The position numbers and the translations under genes are program-made. A DNA stretch of 61,916 nt, counting the filler, from Dugesia japonica (taxonomy: Eukaryota): assembly GCA_001938525.1 (NCBI GenBank). It is 6 parts of 6 records of this genome, joined end to end, with 100 filler letters (N's around TTAATTAATTAA, not from the genome) between each part and the next. Parts side by side here need not be neighbours in the genome. Positions count along the whole stretch, not along the records: positions 22,655 to 31,656 come from MQRL01641074.1; positions 31,757 to 40,576 come from MQRL01607862.1; 4 more parts are not named here. One strand, written 5' to 3'. The notes beneath the pieces were generated by a model. The model ran no database searches. It worked only from the letters and a program-made list of their open reading frames with translations, and was not told the origin of the DNA. Below, in pieces: positions 22,655 to 37,522 of the stretch (positions are counted from its first letter, which is position 1; the number at the start of each line of letters is the position of its first letter).

Positions 22655-23540
22655 TTTCAATGATTCGGATGTTAACAAAACATAATTGATAAGAACAATT
22701 GAAGAGAAACAGGTTGTAGAAATTTCGTTTGATAAGATGCTACGGACACCTAGCATTTCAGTGATGATCAATGGTGAACAGTTTGATTGTTTATTAGATA
22801 CAGCAATAAATGTAATGATCTAGTAGACTCGTAGAGACTATGTTAGAGAAATGTGAGGAACAATTGCATTCCGCGAATAACAGCTCATTAGAGACAACTG
22901 GGAAGATACGTGTCGAAGGTGTATTTCTGAGGTGTGCAAGGAAGTAACATTTATAATAGAGAAATTAATACCAGATCTAATTAGTGGAGTGGAATTCCAG
23001 AATACTTTTGGGTATCATCTTCAAAGAAAGTGCAGAGTAGAGTAGACATCAATAATCATCGAGAAAGATTTGTTTGCAACCTCGAGGCAAAACTTAGAAG
23101 ACAGATACAGACATGCGAACGATTGAAACATGCAATGGAGATTCTAGATATAAAAAAAGATCATAAACTGATTGTGATTATTCAGACTAATGAGGATGTA
23201 TTTATGACGGATAAATGGGAAATTGGATGTACGCACTTAACGAAGCATCGAATAATCACTAAAAGGGCCCAATCAACATAAAACCGTATTGCCATCAAGA
23301 ATCTATATTATAATGGTATCATCCAGAAGTGTAATTAGCAATGGAATACGCCATTAATTTGCGTTTGGAAAAAGGAAAAAAAAAGATGTACGATTATGCT
23401 TAGACTTAAGACAGCTCAATGCAATAACAGAAAGACAAGCGTTTCCTATGCCAAATGTGGACGAAATTCTGGATGCTTTGGAAGGTACACAGTATTTTAG
23501 TTCAATAGACTTGAAAAATGCATACTACCAAGTTGAAATC
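22655..23540 (+). mobile_element. Gypsy remnant (protease to RT N-terminus)
   Basis: FDCLLDT; WEIGCTHLTKHRIIT; WNTPLICVWKK; RLCLDLRQLNAITERQAFPMP; YFSSIDLKNAYYQV. Confidence 0.88.
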
Positions 23541-24428
23541 TTATGTCATTTTGTTTCTCGATCGGTCTTCCCTCACACTTCTTTTTTTCTACTTGTATCT
23601 TTTCTCCGCTGAGATCAAGCTCATAATATTATCTCTTTTCTCTACCTTATCCAATAACCACAAGTTTACTTAATATCTTCCACCTTCTATTTTTTGCGTA
23701 GAAAAACCTCTTTGGCCTTATTATTTCCCAAAACATTCACTAGGAGTTTTACCATCAATTTTTTTTCGTAAACTCTTTATTTGTGAATAGGTTTTTTTCC
23801 AGCTTTTCTTATTTTATTTACGTATCAATATATTCCGACTGTCTTACCCAACATTCCTCTCCTTATTTAACACTTTCCGCAGTTGGCTGTGGAATCTCTA
23901 TGTTTCTCTAAATGTCGCTACATATTTCCTCAGAAGACACGTGACTAGACTTTCATGTTTTCTTTTGTTTACGATTCCTTTAAACTCGAAATTTATTTCC
24001 AATTTTAGGATGAATTTCTCTATGTCGTCCTGTTTTTAAATATTTCGCTCATCAATTGGTCCATTTAGGAGTCCATGTTGACCACTGCCACCATGTTAGG
24101 GGATAGTGCACCGTCTCACATAATTTTGAGGAAAAGCTAAGATATAAAAGTGATAAACAAGAATAATAATTAATTCATATTAAACAATTAATAATCAGTA
24201 ATAATTAGTTTTAAGCGATTAATAATTTAACTATACGAAAAGACTCAGACGGTAACTTTTTAAAATTCAACAAACTCACAAAAAATTGCAATACTAACTT
24301 ATTATCCAAAAACATCACCACCCGGATCTAATGTAAATTACCGCCACACTGTCTAACTCGACGGAGAATAATAATCCGTTTGACTTGAGTAGAGGATAAA
24401 CTTTAGAATTCCAGTGTAATAGTTTACA
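23540..24428 (-). mobile_element. Gypsy 5' remnant: putative LTR (~24094-24428), PBS and decayed gag
   Basis: Minus strand reads ...CCCCTAACA|TGGTGGCAGTGG (LTR end plus PBS-like), followed by DIEKFILKLEINFEFKGI, similar to the gag at 34220-34530. The LTR 5' boundary is tentative. Confidence 0.55.
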
Positions 24429-26082
24429 ATTTTAATGTGTTGATTTAAAATTTTATTGGTGTGGAATTTTTATGTTATAATTATAAATTTAATGTTTGTT
24501 TNNNNNNNNNNNNNNNNNNNNNNNNAATATCAAAACCGTAGTAACATTATAATTCAAAAGTTTAACTAATGATTACTTTTTTCCTAATATTAACACAAAG
24601 TTATTTTTAAGTTTAACTTCCCTCCTTTTGACAAAGAAGCAATTGCTCTCAATACCACACTCAATTAATGCTAATGAATAAACTGATCTAGATTGGGAAG
24701 TCCTCAGCAATCTCAATATTTTGGTGATACTTTAACAATATTATTTATAATTATTGTTTTTATTATTACTTAATCTGAGTCCTCTCTGCCTATCTTTGTT
24801 ATTCTACTCTTTCTATAGGTCCGCTGACACCTTAGTCATGGACCACTGACTGATGTCTAGTCATCGTGTAAATTTATCGTAAAAAAATACAATTTTGTTT
24901 TTAATTGATTCTCTGTCTCATGAGCGTCTAAAGTCAAATGATAATTCAAAATCTTCTTTATCGACTCCAGTAATATTTTCTACACACTCAGTATATATAG
25001 CTACTTTCTGTGTTTGAAAAAATACTTGAATAATTAATTCTAAGTTTTAAGATATCGATATTTATTTAATATTTAGTTGAGAAAATAGAATCACCTCAAT
25101 TTCGAATATATTTAATTTATTTACTCTACTTACAATTCTAAATTATATTAACATAAAATACATATGAAACCATTTTGTGTAAATTTTAACAATTTAAAAT
25201 TTACATATTATTGTTTAATGTAAGTAGAGTAATTTAACGAAATTGAGGTGGAAACCCAGTAAGCTACCAATTATGTCATAGTCTAATATTAGAATACTTG
25301 AAAATTTATTATTTGTAGACATTTCTAAATAAACTAAAATTGTTATGTCCACATAACTGTTTTTTTTAACTCAGCGAATTTAATGCGTAATTATGATAGA
25401 CAAACCACAAAATGTGCAAATTATAAAAAAATATTAAAATTCTAAAATTAAAAAAAATCGATATTGATGCTGTAATTTGATAAATATATTTTATCGCTTT
25501 AAAATACAAATTTATTTTTATTTTCCATAAATAATTTTTCCGGAAATTCAAACTAAAAACTGATTATTACATATTGCTATCAATAATCTTATCCGTGCAT
25601 CCCATTGATTAGTAACGTTATGTAATATTTCATTTGAAAAACAAAATAATTCTGAAACACATTACAAATTTCTTGTAGAAAAAAAGAATAACGCAGTCAA
25701 GTATTGATTACATCAAATCAAAGTAGCATGGCATTTTCCTGTTAATCAATTATTGCCAATCATTGACAAAATCAGACATCACTGAGATTTCTATTCAATT
25801 TATTTCATAGTGGAAATTATTTTGTTACATTTATTTATTATCGAAACTTTCTAATAACAAATATATTTTAATATTTTATTGCTCAAAAAATTATTTGTTT
25901 TATTTTCAATAATTTTATTAAATTATTATCTGATTTGAAATTTAAAAAATAAAATTCAGCGTTGATTGCTGAAAATCAAGGAATATTTATTGTTAAAATA
26001 TAATAATTTTCCATAATCGACTATTTTACAAAATGTGCAATTTTTTTTTGACTTGATTTGCTTTGAAAGAACAAAAATCAAA

Positions 26083-29000
26083 TCAAAAGCAGTCATCATA
26101 TTTCCATATTGAACCATCGTTTTGAATTTTTTTGATTTTCTCATAAATTTTCACAGCCGGACCCAGTTTTAAATTCAATTCAGTTAATACATCCATTCGT
26201 TTCATCAGTAATAACGAGCCACCGTCTATTTCTTGTTCCCGAAACAATCCTGATTGAAGACCGAATCCTTCTTCAGTTAACCAATCACAAACATCATCTG
26301 TCGACCATTTCATCACATCATCCGGTCGTGTTTTAGTTGATATTGTGTTTTCCTTTCGGTTTTCTTCATTTATTGTTGAATAATTTTCTTTTTTCACTTC
26401 AATATTAGATTTTTCTATTGAATTTCGATTTTCAATTTTTTCATTTGGAGTTTCTTTGTAAGTTTTAGTTATTGAATCTGATGAATTTTTCATTGATTCT
26501 TCTGATCGGATTCGAAAACCTTCTTTATAGCAATTTGAGCAAATCCAGGCTGCATTACGAGATATGGGTTCTTGGATTTTAGGGTCATGACAGTCTGAAT
26601 GAAAACCTTTATCGCAACCATCACAAATATAAACTGATTCCTTAAAAAAATGTTTTTTTAAATTTAAATTTATCATATTTATAAAATTATTTACTTTGGA
26701 ACTTCGATCTTTACATACACAACATGTTTTACATGCACTACATTGCCACGGTGATTGTCTGGCTCTTTCCGTTAATTCTGGCCAATAATGCAAACAGGAT
26801 GGATGAACTAAAATTATTTCAGTATAATTTCTTAAGTAATAATCAATTATCTACCTTTAACACTGCAATCTTTACAATATAAAAATTTTTCGTATTCAGT
26901 TTGCGGAGATTTACATTCTGAACATAATTCAATTACTGTTCCAACAGCAGGAACTGTTTGATCAGAATTACTAACACTCAAAGCTGAGCATGATGACGGA
27001 GCAGAAACATTAGTAGCGTGATTTTCTAAATCAATTTTCTGTTTCTGAAAATGAAATTAAATGAAAATAGAGTAGATTACGTTTTATATAAATATACTAC
27101 TAACAAATATAAATAGTATGTTATCGTAAAAACAAACAAAATTTATTGGACTTTGTTTTTAATAAAAAGAATATTAACCTAATTTATTTTCAATTTAAGC
27201 GTTAAATTATTATTTAACATTTTTTTAAAACAATATAACCAATCAAGAAAATTTCTGTATGATGCATTGACAAATCAATGTCAAGAAACGCATGAATCTT
27301 TAAGCTATATGGCATATACAAACTGACAGAGAAATTAATTATCGAAACATTAGTTTGTCAACATGCCGGTGTAAGAAATTCAGATTCTCTGATTTTTTTT
27401 ATTCCAGACACTATTCTGTTTGTATTCAATCGCGATTTTAAAATGACTGTCAGTGTGTGCGCGAACGTGTGTGTTTTGTTGTTCAATCCCCTGTATTAGT
27501 CATAGTCTTATCTGTAATCAAATCGCGCTCATTGTGTGTTAGAAAAATGTGATAATAAATTATTTTTTGAGTCGAAGTGAAAATTTTCGTCGGTTTTAAC
27601 GTTTAATATTTTATCTGAAAATTTATCAAATGATTTATAACATAATTATACCTTAGTAGATGAATTGATCTCTGATTCTTGATAGCGTTTATTTTTCGAA
27701 CCAGGTGGTCTTCCACGCCGGCTGGTTTTCGTAGTGGTTTTCAGTTCTACACTTGTTGTGTTTCCCATTGTTGGTGTTGATATAACTGTGGATGATATTG
27801 ATTGCATTGTAGTTGAAATGCTAGATTGAAATTGCGTTTCTTTCATTTCATTTTCAGCTGTACAGTTGTTGTGAGTAGCGGTTTTTGTAACTGCGATTGG
27901 CAGCTGTGGTATCGAATTGATTTCCGGCGTTAAAGATGCTTCACATTTTACAAATGCCATATGAGGAGGAGTTTGTTTCGGTAATATTGGACTGGGTTGA
28001 CTGACTGATGTGAGAGATATAGACGCAAAAGGATTATTTGTCGTCAACATTGGTAAAATTTGTCTCTCATTTTGGGGTAAAAACTGTGGATTATAGGATG
28101 GAATCTGTTGTACTGAAAATGTGGCAAATGAATTATTACTGACTATTGGATTTTGAATATTTGTTAGCATAGGTGTAGTTGTGGCTATTGTTATAGGATG
28201 AGGAGCAGCTGCTATAGTTTTATTAGGTATTGGTTTATGACTAAAAGCCGTTTTTTTAGCTTGAATTGCAGCAGCTTTACGAATTTTTTTTTCACCATTT
28301 TCATCAATTACATATGTACAATCTGCTCGACGCATTAATTTACCGTAGGCTGCTTCACGTTCCAAGCAATGCCTCAATTGCGTTTTTGAAAGCTCAATGG
28401 AACCTGATGTCTGTGTAGCTAAAATTGCTTGTTCAATTTCATTGATTGAGTAACCAACTTTATGTGGATTTTGAGAATCTGCATTACGAGTTTTATCCAT
28501 ATGTCGAAACGATTCCAAAATACGATTTGTAATACTTGGAGGGTTCATAATACCTCCACCATTTGCACTATTTTTTCTCCATTTATATGGGTTCCGATAA
28601 CTAATATTACCTTTGTAATCAACACAAACTACTGCACCAGAATCAGCCAATTTATTTAAACACATCACCGTATCTTCAAGTGGAATATTGTGATAGCGTT
28701 TCATTAATGTTGATATTCTCTCTGCATCTGGCCGTGCTTTTCTTTCTCGCAATTTATCAATAGCTTCAAGAATCCATTCTCTGTAAAAACCCCCAGCTGC
28801 AGCTGAAGAAATATTAGCAGACGATTGTGGCATAGTTATCGGTGGCTGCTTAGAAGTGTTACCATTCGATGGTCGCATTTGTATTGGTTGAAAATTTGAT
28901 GGCAATCCAGCAACATGATTGTTATTAGAATTATCAATTGGCTTGGCTGCAATCGGAGCCAAAGTAAGAGTAAATGAATTTCCAGCTGGCATGTTAAAAG

Positions 29001-29268
29001 CTTGAGGTCGAGTAACATTAGAATGAGAGTAATTTGGTTGAATATTTGCTAAATATTGATTATTTGATTGTATAGCAAAAGGTTGTTGAGATGGTATAAT
29101 TCGTGATTGATTAGTTGTTTGTAAAAATGTTACGACTGGTTTAGGCTGGATTTGTAGAGGAGCACTTTGTATAGCTGTTGAACACATAGTAGTAGAAACC
29201 GAAGTTGAATTGTTGTTTGTAACGTTACAGTTTTTCTGAATCGGCTGTGAACTGATTGGTTTTGACAT
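26083..29268 (-). CDS. SAMD1/KAT6-like chromatin protein (WH1, WH2/H15-like, AT-hook, double PHD, SAM); exons 29268-27652, 27044-26855, 26807-26695, 26640-26083; ~825 aa
   Basis: WH motif EWILEAIDKLRERKARPD.ERI...YKGNISYRNP; RRGRPP; C..C...C..C...HPSC...WQC..CKTC.VC...C..C..GFH..C..P...W.C..C; SAM W...DVCDWL...FREQEIDG.SLLLM...LKLGPAVKIY. All GT-AG introns are phase-compatible (2478 nt CDS). Confidence 0.92.
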
Positions 29269-32013
29269 ATTGTAAAAATTTAATCAATAAACATTAAATA
29301 TCTGCGTCGAATAAGATCCAATTGAATCAAAAACAATAAATTAACTAAAATGTAAAGTAGCGCAAATATACAACACAACTTAATAGATGAAATAAATAAA
29401 CACTTTGTGTGTATGTTTAAATATTTGTGTGTATTTGTTTGCATCGATCATAATTCACTATTTTGTGGGTGTGTTATTGGTTTTAATGTACAAAGAATTC
29501 CAATCGATAGAATTTTTAATGAAGCGAATTTGATACAAAGGTAACCAATGAAAATCAAGATTTTCTATACATACTATAATGAGTCAGAATAATTCTAACT
29601 GCATAATATCAATCGTTGTGTGTAGTCATATTAAATTTTTCACTGATATAACGCGAGAAATTGGTTTGTTAATGCCAATTTGTGATGGGTTTAAATTGAA
29701 AGCGGCCGTTATTATGACTTTACACACAACTGCATACTAACATTTGAATGCTAATATAATTTGGACAGGGTAGAATATCATATTTTCTTAACCTTTTTCT
29801 ATCTATTTGTATTTGTGTGCCGTTAGAATACTAATCTCGATGTTAAATGAAAACACGCTAATGTCAGTTCTTCAAGGTTATTATCGATATTTACGTTAGT
29901 ACTCGTTTTGGTTGTTTAATGCTTTTCAACGTAACTTCCTGCTCTGTCTCTCTCTAAGATAGAAAAAATAAAATTCAAGCCCNAACAAAAATTTTGTTTA
30001 TATATCCAATACTGAAACAAAGCATTTTAACAAAAACGGCCGCATGTTAATTATACAAATGAAATCTTAACAGTGTATCTTGGCAACAACTAATGTCATC
30101 TTCTAGCTTTGTATGTAAAAATAAATATATTTTGATCATAATTGACTCGAAAATAATTATGAAGAAGGATTTAAAATAAACATTATGGAACTAAAATTTG
30201 ATTATTTAATTCAGCTATTAAATTTCATGGTATCAAANNNNNNNNNNNNNNNNNNNNNNNNNNNNNNNNNNNNNNNNNNNNNNNNNNNNNNNNNNNNNNN
30301 NNNNNNNNNAAAAAAATATGTGAATAAAACAATTACATGAATATAAAATTTTACTTGTTTTAAATAGTCATTTGTAATACATGATTGATTATAATTAATG
30401 ATTATGGTTGGCATAGTTTTACAGTTTTCAAAATTTATTACTATCGATTATTTATTGTACATAATTAAGAATTTGTTAATAATACTAACTTAATTATAAT
30501 GTTTCAAAATTAATTTTCTTTACGAGACCAATCAAATTACGAAAGTTGCATGAATATTTATTTTATGAAATGTTCATAACACCCAAAGCAATTATGCAAT
30601 ATTTAATCATTAAAATTGCTTTGTTTTTAAAGTTATTTTTGTCTTAAAAATGATTTGTTTAACATGAAATTAATTTAATGAATTAATGTTTTTTTTAGGA
30701 ATTATGCTATATTAATTTTATCATTTGTTATATTTAACGAAATATAGACTTTGGATTTAAAGAAATCAATAAAACTTTCNNNNNNNNNNNNNNNNNNNNN
30801 NNNNNNNNNNNNNNNNNNNNNNNNNNNNNNNNNNNNNNNNNNNNNNNNNNNNNNNNNNNNNNNNNNNNNNNNNNTAATATCAGAAGTTGTTTAATAAAAT
30901 TATTTAATTGTAAAATTAATAGAGATATTAATTTCATGCTTTGTTATTTTTTCAACGAAATGTGTTATTGCAATGAAAATGAATGTAGTCACTTAATATT
31001 ACTAAATTTATTCTTTCCAATTTGTTTTTGAATTTTATTCATTGTGAACTGAACATTTCGTGATAATTTTTTTTATTATATTGTGTTATCTTTTATTATA
31101 TTTCCCAGTAAATTTTTTTTATTAAAAAATTCAATGGAATCCATTAGGTAATTTAAAAATTAAATTTTCATGAACATTTGACCTTTTAAAACATTTAGTT
31201 TCAACCGAAATGATTTTCGCAATAAATAATCTACTAGTATTGGAAAAAATATGTAGTTAATAATAAAACGTTTGAGATTTTCTATCAATATCATTCAATT
31301 GACATTAGAAAGTTTACATTTCTTTATAAATTTACAACAATTACAAGTCTAAAATTAGAATAATAATGTCTTTAAAATAATAGTTCGGTTTTGTTCAATT
31401 AAATAATTTGACATTTTATTTAAAAATCAATTGCATTTTTCCTTTGAAAAAAAATAATATAAAATTGATCTGATAATTCGATGAGTATTAAAAATAACCT
31501 TGAAAATTAGAGATAAACGATATTAGTAACTCTTCTCCGAAATAAAATTTATCGATTACACACTGCTCCGGATATCATCGAAAATTAATCCATTAACAAA
31601 TGTTTTGTATCAAGTGTGTCTGAAATATGAAAATTTACCAAAAAAACAGCAAATCGNNNNNNNNNNNNNNNNNNNNNNNNNNNNNNNNNNNNNNNNNNNN
31701 TTAATTAATTAANNNNNNNNNNNNNNNNNNNNNNNNNNNNNNNNNNNNNNNNNNNNCAAACCATTTTCATTAAGTAAAACAAAAAAAAGTTTAATTATTA
31801 AAACAAAAAAGTCTATTAATTAAAACAAAAAAACAATTAAAAAAAAATTTCCTCTTAAAAAAAGGTAAAAATAACGATTAAAAATTTTTTTTGATCCGAT
31901 CAAAAAAAACTGATCTGATAAAAAATCGGTAATCAATATTCAATCAGATCAAAAATCGATAATCAATAATTATCGATTTAAAAACGCAGCNNNNNNNNNN
32001 NNNNNNNNNNNNN

Positions 32014-32240
32014 CCCCCCCCCAGGTGGTCTAGCGATAACTGCTTTAAAAAAATTACCGCTGTACTATCCCCCTACTCAAATTAACTAATACCGAAGAAA
32101 TAATAGATCAAATTCACCTGAACCAACCAAAAATCGACCTTATTCGACTTCACCGAGGAAATTTTAGACAAAACTATCTAAAACTTATCAAAAATTGTTC
32201 TCATTCGACATCACCGAACAAATTTTCAACTAAAAAGCCT
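32014..32240 (+). repeat. Degenerate ~60-bp repeat segment homologous to 12650-12810
   Basis: Shared AATT..ACCTGAAC.AA.CAAAAAT.GA.CT.ATTC.AC.TCACCGAGGAAATTTT.GA. Confidence 0.7.
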
Positions 32241-34560
32241 AAAATACTTTCCCAACTAAAAACAGGGAAATTTAAAAATAGTAATGTAATATTACCAAAT
32301 ATGATGCAATTTTTAAATGGCCAACTAAATGCATTAGGATTATGTTTCTTTACATCAATAATCCTGGGGGGTACTGAATATGTGCTGTTCTTGTCCGCCA
32401 CTATATATCTTCTATCTCGGGAGATGAATAAATTTTCCAAAAGATTGAATATTGTATGGGCAAATTGAATGTCAATTCAGAACAAATTAGGATTTCTTGA
32501 ATGTGACAATGAAGGATTGAGGAACTTCGGATTGTGCAGAGAGTTTTTAGAGATAGAGTTTCAAATGCCTAAAACATTACAAAGTTTCTTAACACACATT
32601 TAAGTTTTTCGAACGACTTGATGACTTTCATCTTAGTTGGATTTGTCCTAACACTTTTCCGACTGAGAATATGCCTTAAATATGTTATCTCTATATTTTT
32701 TCTGAATCCAAAATCCTTGACCACATTTTCTCAAAAACTTCACAATATTCTTCTTTAATTTATGTCCTTTTTATTTTTCTTTTAAATTTAAACCAATGAA
32801 AAGTTCCATTTCAAATTACATTTCCAATTAATACCATTTTCCAACAAATTTTTGATGGCCTCATTAATTTTACTTGTTAGATTCATAGGCTCTCTGCAAG
32901 GTTTAACATTAATTTGATGTTTTCTTTTGTCACTATTATATGCTTAACCACATGCGTTTCCCCACCTCCATAAATACCAAGATTTTGTTTCTACATATTT
33001 CTTCAAACCACAGATCATTGGTTCAATTTTTACTAATATACACCATCTTCTAATGTTTCTTCATTAACATGCCTACCAAAATGCGCCTCTTAATTACAAA
33101 AAAAATATTTTCCTTCAACCAACCACCTCATTTTTTAACCAACTGAAACCAAAAAATATCTAAACATTCTATTTCCCTTATCATACTTGAAGAAACTTGA
33201 CTCGCCATTGTAGACGTTATCTACTCTGTCATATCACCTAATTGAAATGTCAAAGGTTTCAAACGCACTATCGTTCGCGCACCGCAACTTTAACTTACAA
33301 TTCTCTAACTGCATATTTTTCAATTTTATCCAGCAGTCTAAACTTAGTACATTAAATCTTGCACCAGTTTCTAGAAGATAATTCCCGACTTTCTATTAAT
33401 TTTTACAAACACTAGGTCTATCCTGAAACCTATTGTACACAATTACTACTTCCTCACTCTTCTACAAAACATTTATTGTATCCGAAATTATGTCCACCTC
33501 AAATGACTCTTTACACATAAATATAAAGTCTTTCTTATCTAACCATTTCGCATTTTCCTAACTCTCAATTCCTTGAAGATATTCTGCCAAACTAACTTTT
33601 AAACTATGGGTCTAAGTCGCTTCACTATTGTCAAAGCCCTCTCTTTTAGGTAAAGTTTCTTCTATTTTATTGTGTTCCATTCCTCTTCTTTATCCTTAAT
33701 CATTTCCTCCTCAATTACATTCAATTGTTTTTATCTATTATCTTGACCCCTAATCTTAAAATTCCTCTCAGTTGATCCCCGAATATCATAAGGATTTTTA
33801 TCCAAGAATACTTCACTTTACTTCCAAATTTGTTCCTCAATTAATGGCAATCTACACAGGAAAAATTGTATCAGTTGTCTCTCCGACACTCTTTACTGAC
33901 ATGCCCGTCTAATCCTCATGTACAACATTTTATCACACGTCTTAAAGGATAATCCTATTTTATATGACTAACTTTATTGAATCCTCAACATTAACTTTTC
34001 CTTTCTTCAACTACCCGATTTCCTAATCGTCTTTCTTTAAAGTTCTTTATTTCTTTATTCTATTATTGACTACATAAGTGAAATATCACATCACATTAAC
34101 TGTCTTCTTTCTGTTCTATACTTTATCTAAAAGTCTCAATGTTTCTTCAATATCTTCCACGTTATCAGCTTTGTCTAATAGAAGTTCTAATTAAGGTCTT
34201 TTATTTCCTACATAATTAATCAGCAACTTTGCTGTGAGTTTTCTCGCATAAATTTATTGTCCGAAAACAAATTGTATACTAACTCCTCTACCTTATTCGT
34301 ATAAATTCCAACATTTTCTTTACCCCGTATATATTTGAAAGCATTTCTCATATCTTTCAAAACCTCCTGTTCCTTATCAAATGTTAATCTTAGGCGTTTC
34401 TGACAATCATATAATCTTTTAAAAGTTTTACTATATTTACCAACAATAACGTCATCAATCAAAGAGTTAACTAACCTTCTCTGTTCCTTCTTATTCGAGA
34501 TCCCCTTTAATTCAAAAAATATCTCAATGTGTATTAAAATATTAGTGTATTGAAATTTTT
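32240..34560 (-). mobile_element. Gypsy gag-pol remnant, internally deleted
   Basis: gag-like IEIFFELKGI, decayed CCHC knuckle (KC..*GLDGHVSKEC), protease LLETGA, RT and RNase H fragments. Confidence 0.75.
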
Positions 34561-37522
34561 GTTTGAATTGATGTTTGCAATAATACTGCAAATTAATTTT
34601 TAATAAAGTAGTTAATTAAGAATCTGAGTGCATGAATTAATGTAATTAACAAATGAAATCAATGTTAAGTATATATAAAAGTTTTTCATTCATTAATCAA
34701 AGTACCTTTAATGTCGGAAATGGGGATTTATGAGAAAATAAATTATGACAAATATTTAGAATTCAAAAAATTAATAACGACAATTAAAAGAAATCTAAAG
34801 TGTTTATAAAACATTAAAGTAATAAAAAGTAAACAGTAAATAAAATGAATTCTGAAAAACGATCAATGGTTATGTCCAACAATTATTCTCGCAATAATTG
34901 CAATTGTAAAATTATAGAATTATATAAATGAAATGCTCAGAAATAAAATTAATAAAATCAACAAGAATGTTATTTTATTTAAAAAATAATTAAAATAAAA
35001 TAATAAAAATTTGAAACAGCATCTTTGTCTTTGAGATTCTTAAAGTAATAAATAATAACATTATTTATATAAAACAATCTGTTTAAAAGACTTTAATTTA
35101 AAATTATTTTAAAGCGGAGATTATAATAAAAAGATCCATTTTAAAAAAAAATAAAAGAACTATCGCATAAAAAATGTATAAATTACCGCAATAAAACTAA
35201 TAAAATAAACATCTACATTAATGGAAAATAAATCATAGATAAATTAAAGAGGAAGTAGGAATTGTAGTTAAGCATGATCTCAAAACTAAGCCGGATTGGA
35301 GAATGAAATGATGTCAAATAATGAATAAATATGAGAAAAATAATTATGAGTTAAGGAATGATAATGGAACTACATTATCTTGTAGTATAAAATGAATAAA
35401 GGAAATTAAAAAGTAAAAGATAAAATTAATCCAATTAACATTCGGCTATTTATCGAGTAAAATTAATAATTACAATTAATCTTACAACGAAAGTAAATTT
35501 TATATTATTATCAAAAACAATCGATTTTACAGTTAAACATTAAAACAAATANTATTGAAATAAAACCAACAAAAAGTTTTAATAAAAAATAAGAAATTCT
35601 ACTATTTAAATAGTATGACAAAAGAAAATTTAGCTAATTAATCAGTTTGGTCAGACAAATACTAATTTATAAGTTATTTAAACATGAATATATATTAGAG
35701 TAAATAATAAGTACATATTTTATGGTCATATTATTTGGTAATATCCGTTGATAATAGTTAAAAATCACACTTAGAAGTAATGCTGTTGAATATCACAATT
35801 AATTAATCAGAGATCACAAATAAATTATATTAAAAAATAACAATTATTTAGTAAATATTAAAATTGATTAATAAACTGTTTAATTAAAACTTAAGTAAAA
35901 TATTGATAGCATTTATTAATTTCATTAATCAATTTAAAATATTTTCTTTAAGTTAAACTCCACCAGAAGCTTCAATCATTTCAATCCAAATGAATATTTG
36001 TATTTAACTTAACGTTAGTACTTTTTGTTTTCAAATCTGTATGTATAGTCCTGAAGTTTTTCTTTTATCTTTAATATAATTATTGATGGTTATATGACAG
36101 TTCGGCACTTAAAAAAACGACACACGACAATTCGACACAGAAAAAATCGACACATTTTTTATAATTTACAATTTGTTACAGTTTTCAATAATGAATTTTT
36201 TTGTATAATTTTTAAAAATGAATTATTCCAAATTACTATTGTGTCGATTATTAAAAATGAAAAATACAAAAATTTTATAATAAAAGTTATACCAAAAAAA
36301 TTCATTATTAAAAGTTAAACCAAATGACTTATTATAATTACCAGTAAAAGTTATTAAAAATAATAAAAAACATTATAAAATTATTGATTATAAAAAATAT
36401 GCGTCGATTTGTCTGGTCACCATTATTGANAGTTTTTCTAGAAATTATATTCTTAAAAAATATTTGAAAATTTCTGTAATTTTGGTAATATTCAATTTTC
36501 TGTTTACGTTCCAGATAAATTATAATTTCACTTTTTTCTGCTGCTGTTAAATTTTTTTTAATTTTTTTCATTAATAATGGATTATTGAAAAATAAAAATT
36601 TAATATTTTAATGAAATAAAATGACAAAATAATACGAATTAAATTTTAATCAATAAAAATTAAATTTTATTTTAATTTATTCTTTATTTTATTTCATTTT
36701 AATTAAATTATTTTCCACAAAAATAATTTCATTTGTTTAATTAAAAAGAAAATGTTTTTTAAACTAAACGAAAGAAATAATGTAATAAGAAAAAAGGATC
36801 TGGTTGACAAAATTTAGTGTGATTATACTAACTGAATGTAACATATTTCAAAAAAATATAGATTTAAATAATTTTAAGTAATTTACAATACTTTAAAAAT
36901 AAAAAATATTTACAATTTAATTCCTTTTCATAAGTATTTTTATTTTCTTTTTGATTGCGAAATTTTGAAATCATTTTAGCAATAAAAGATATGACGTAGT
37001 TTTGATTGTTTACTAAATTAAAAAAAATAAAATATATTTTGAATATTCTATAAAAAAGTGATCATACTCCCAGATATTGATGATGTGTAACTGGATGATT
37101 TAACAGCAGTTTTATCAGAAAACCTTCTGGAATAAAAGTTGTAAAATACAATTAATGAATNNNNNNNNNNNNNNNNNNNNNNNNNNNNNNNNNNNNNNNN
37201 NNNNNNNNNNNNNNNNNNNNNNNNNNNNNNNNNNNNNNNNNNNNNNNNNNTATAATAAAAATATTAATAAAAATTGTGAAAGCTAATTATTAGGTCATTC
37301 GGAAATTAATAACTGATTTCGAAACAAATTTTTAAATGTCATAATTAAGTACATAACATAATTTTCATTTTGTTGTTAGTAATCCAAATTTTCGACGCAT
37401 GTCTTCTTCAGTGATTTACCTTTTGATTTATTCAGATAATTAGTGAAATAAAAAGTCATTTTGAAATTTATTTTATATCATTGAATTTTAATTGATTAAT
37501 TTGTTTTAATTATATTAAATTA

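Noticed and set aside
26641-26694. VNNFINMINLNLKKHFFK insert within the PHD finger
   Set aside because: An in-frame 54-nt GT-AG intron, not protein.
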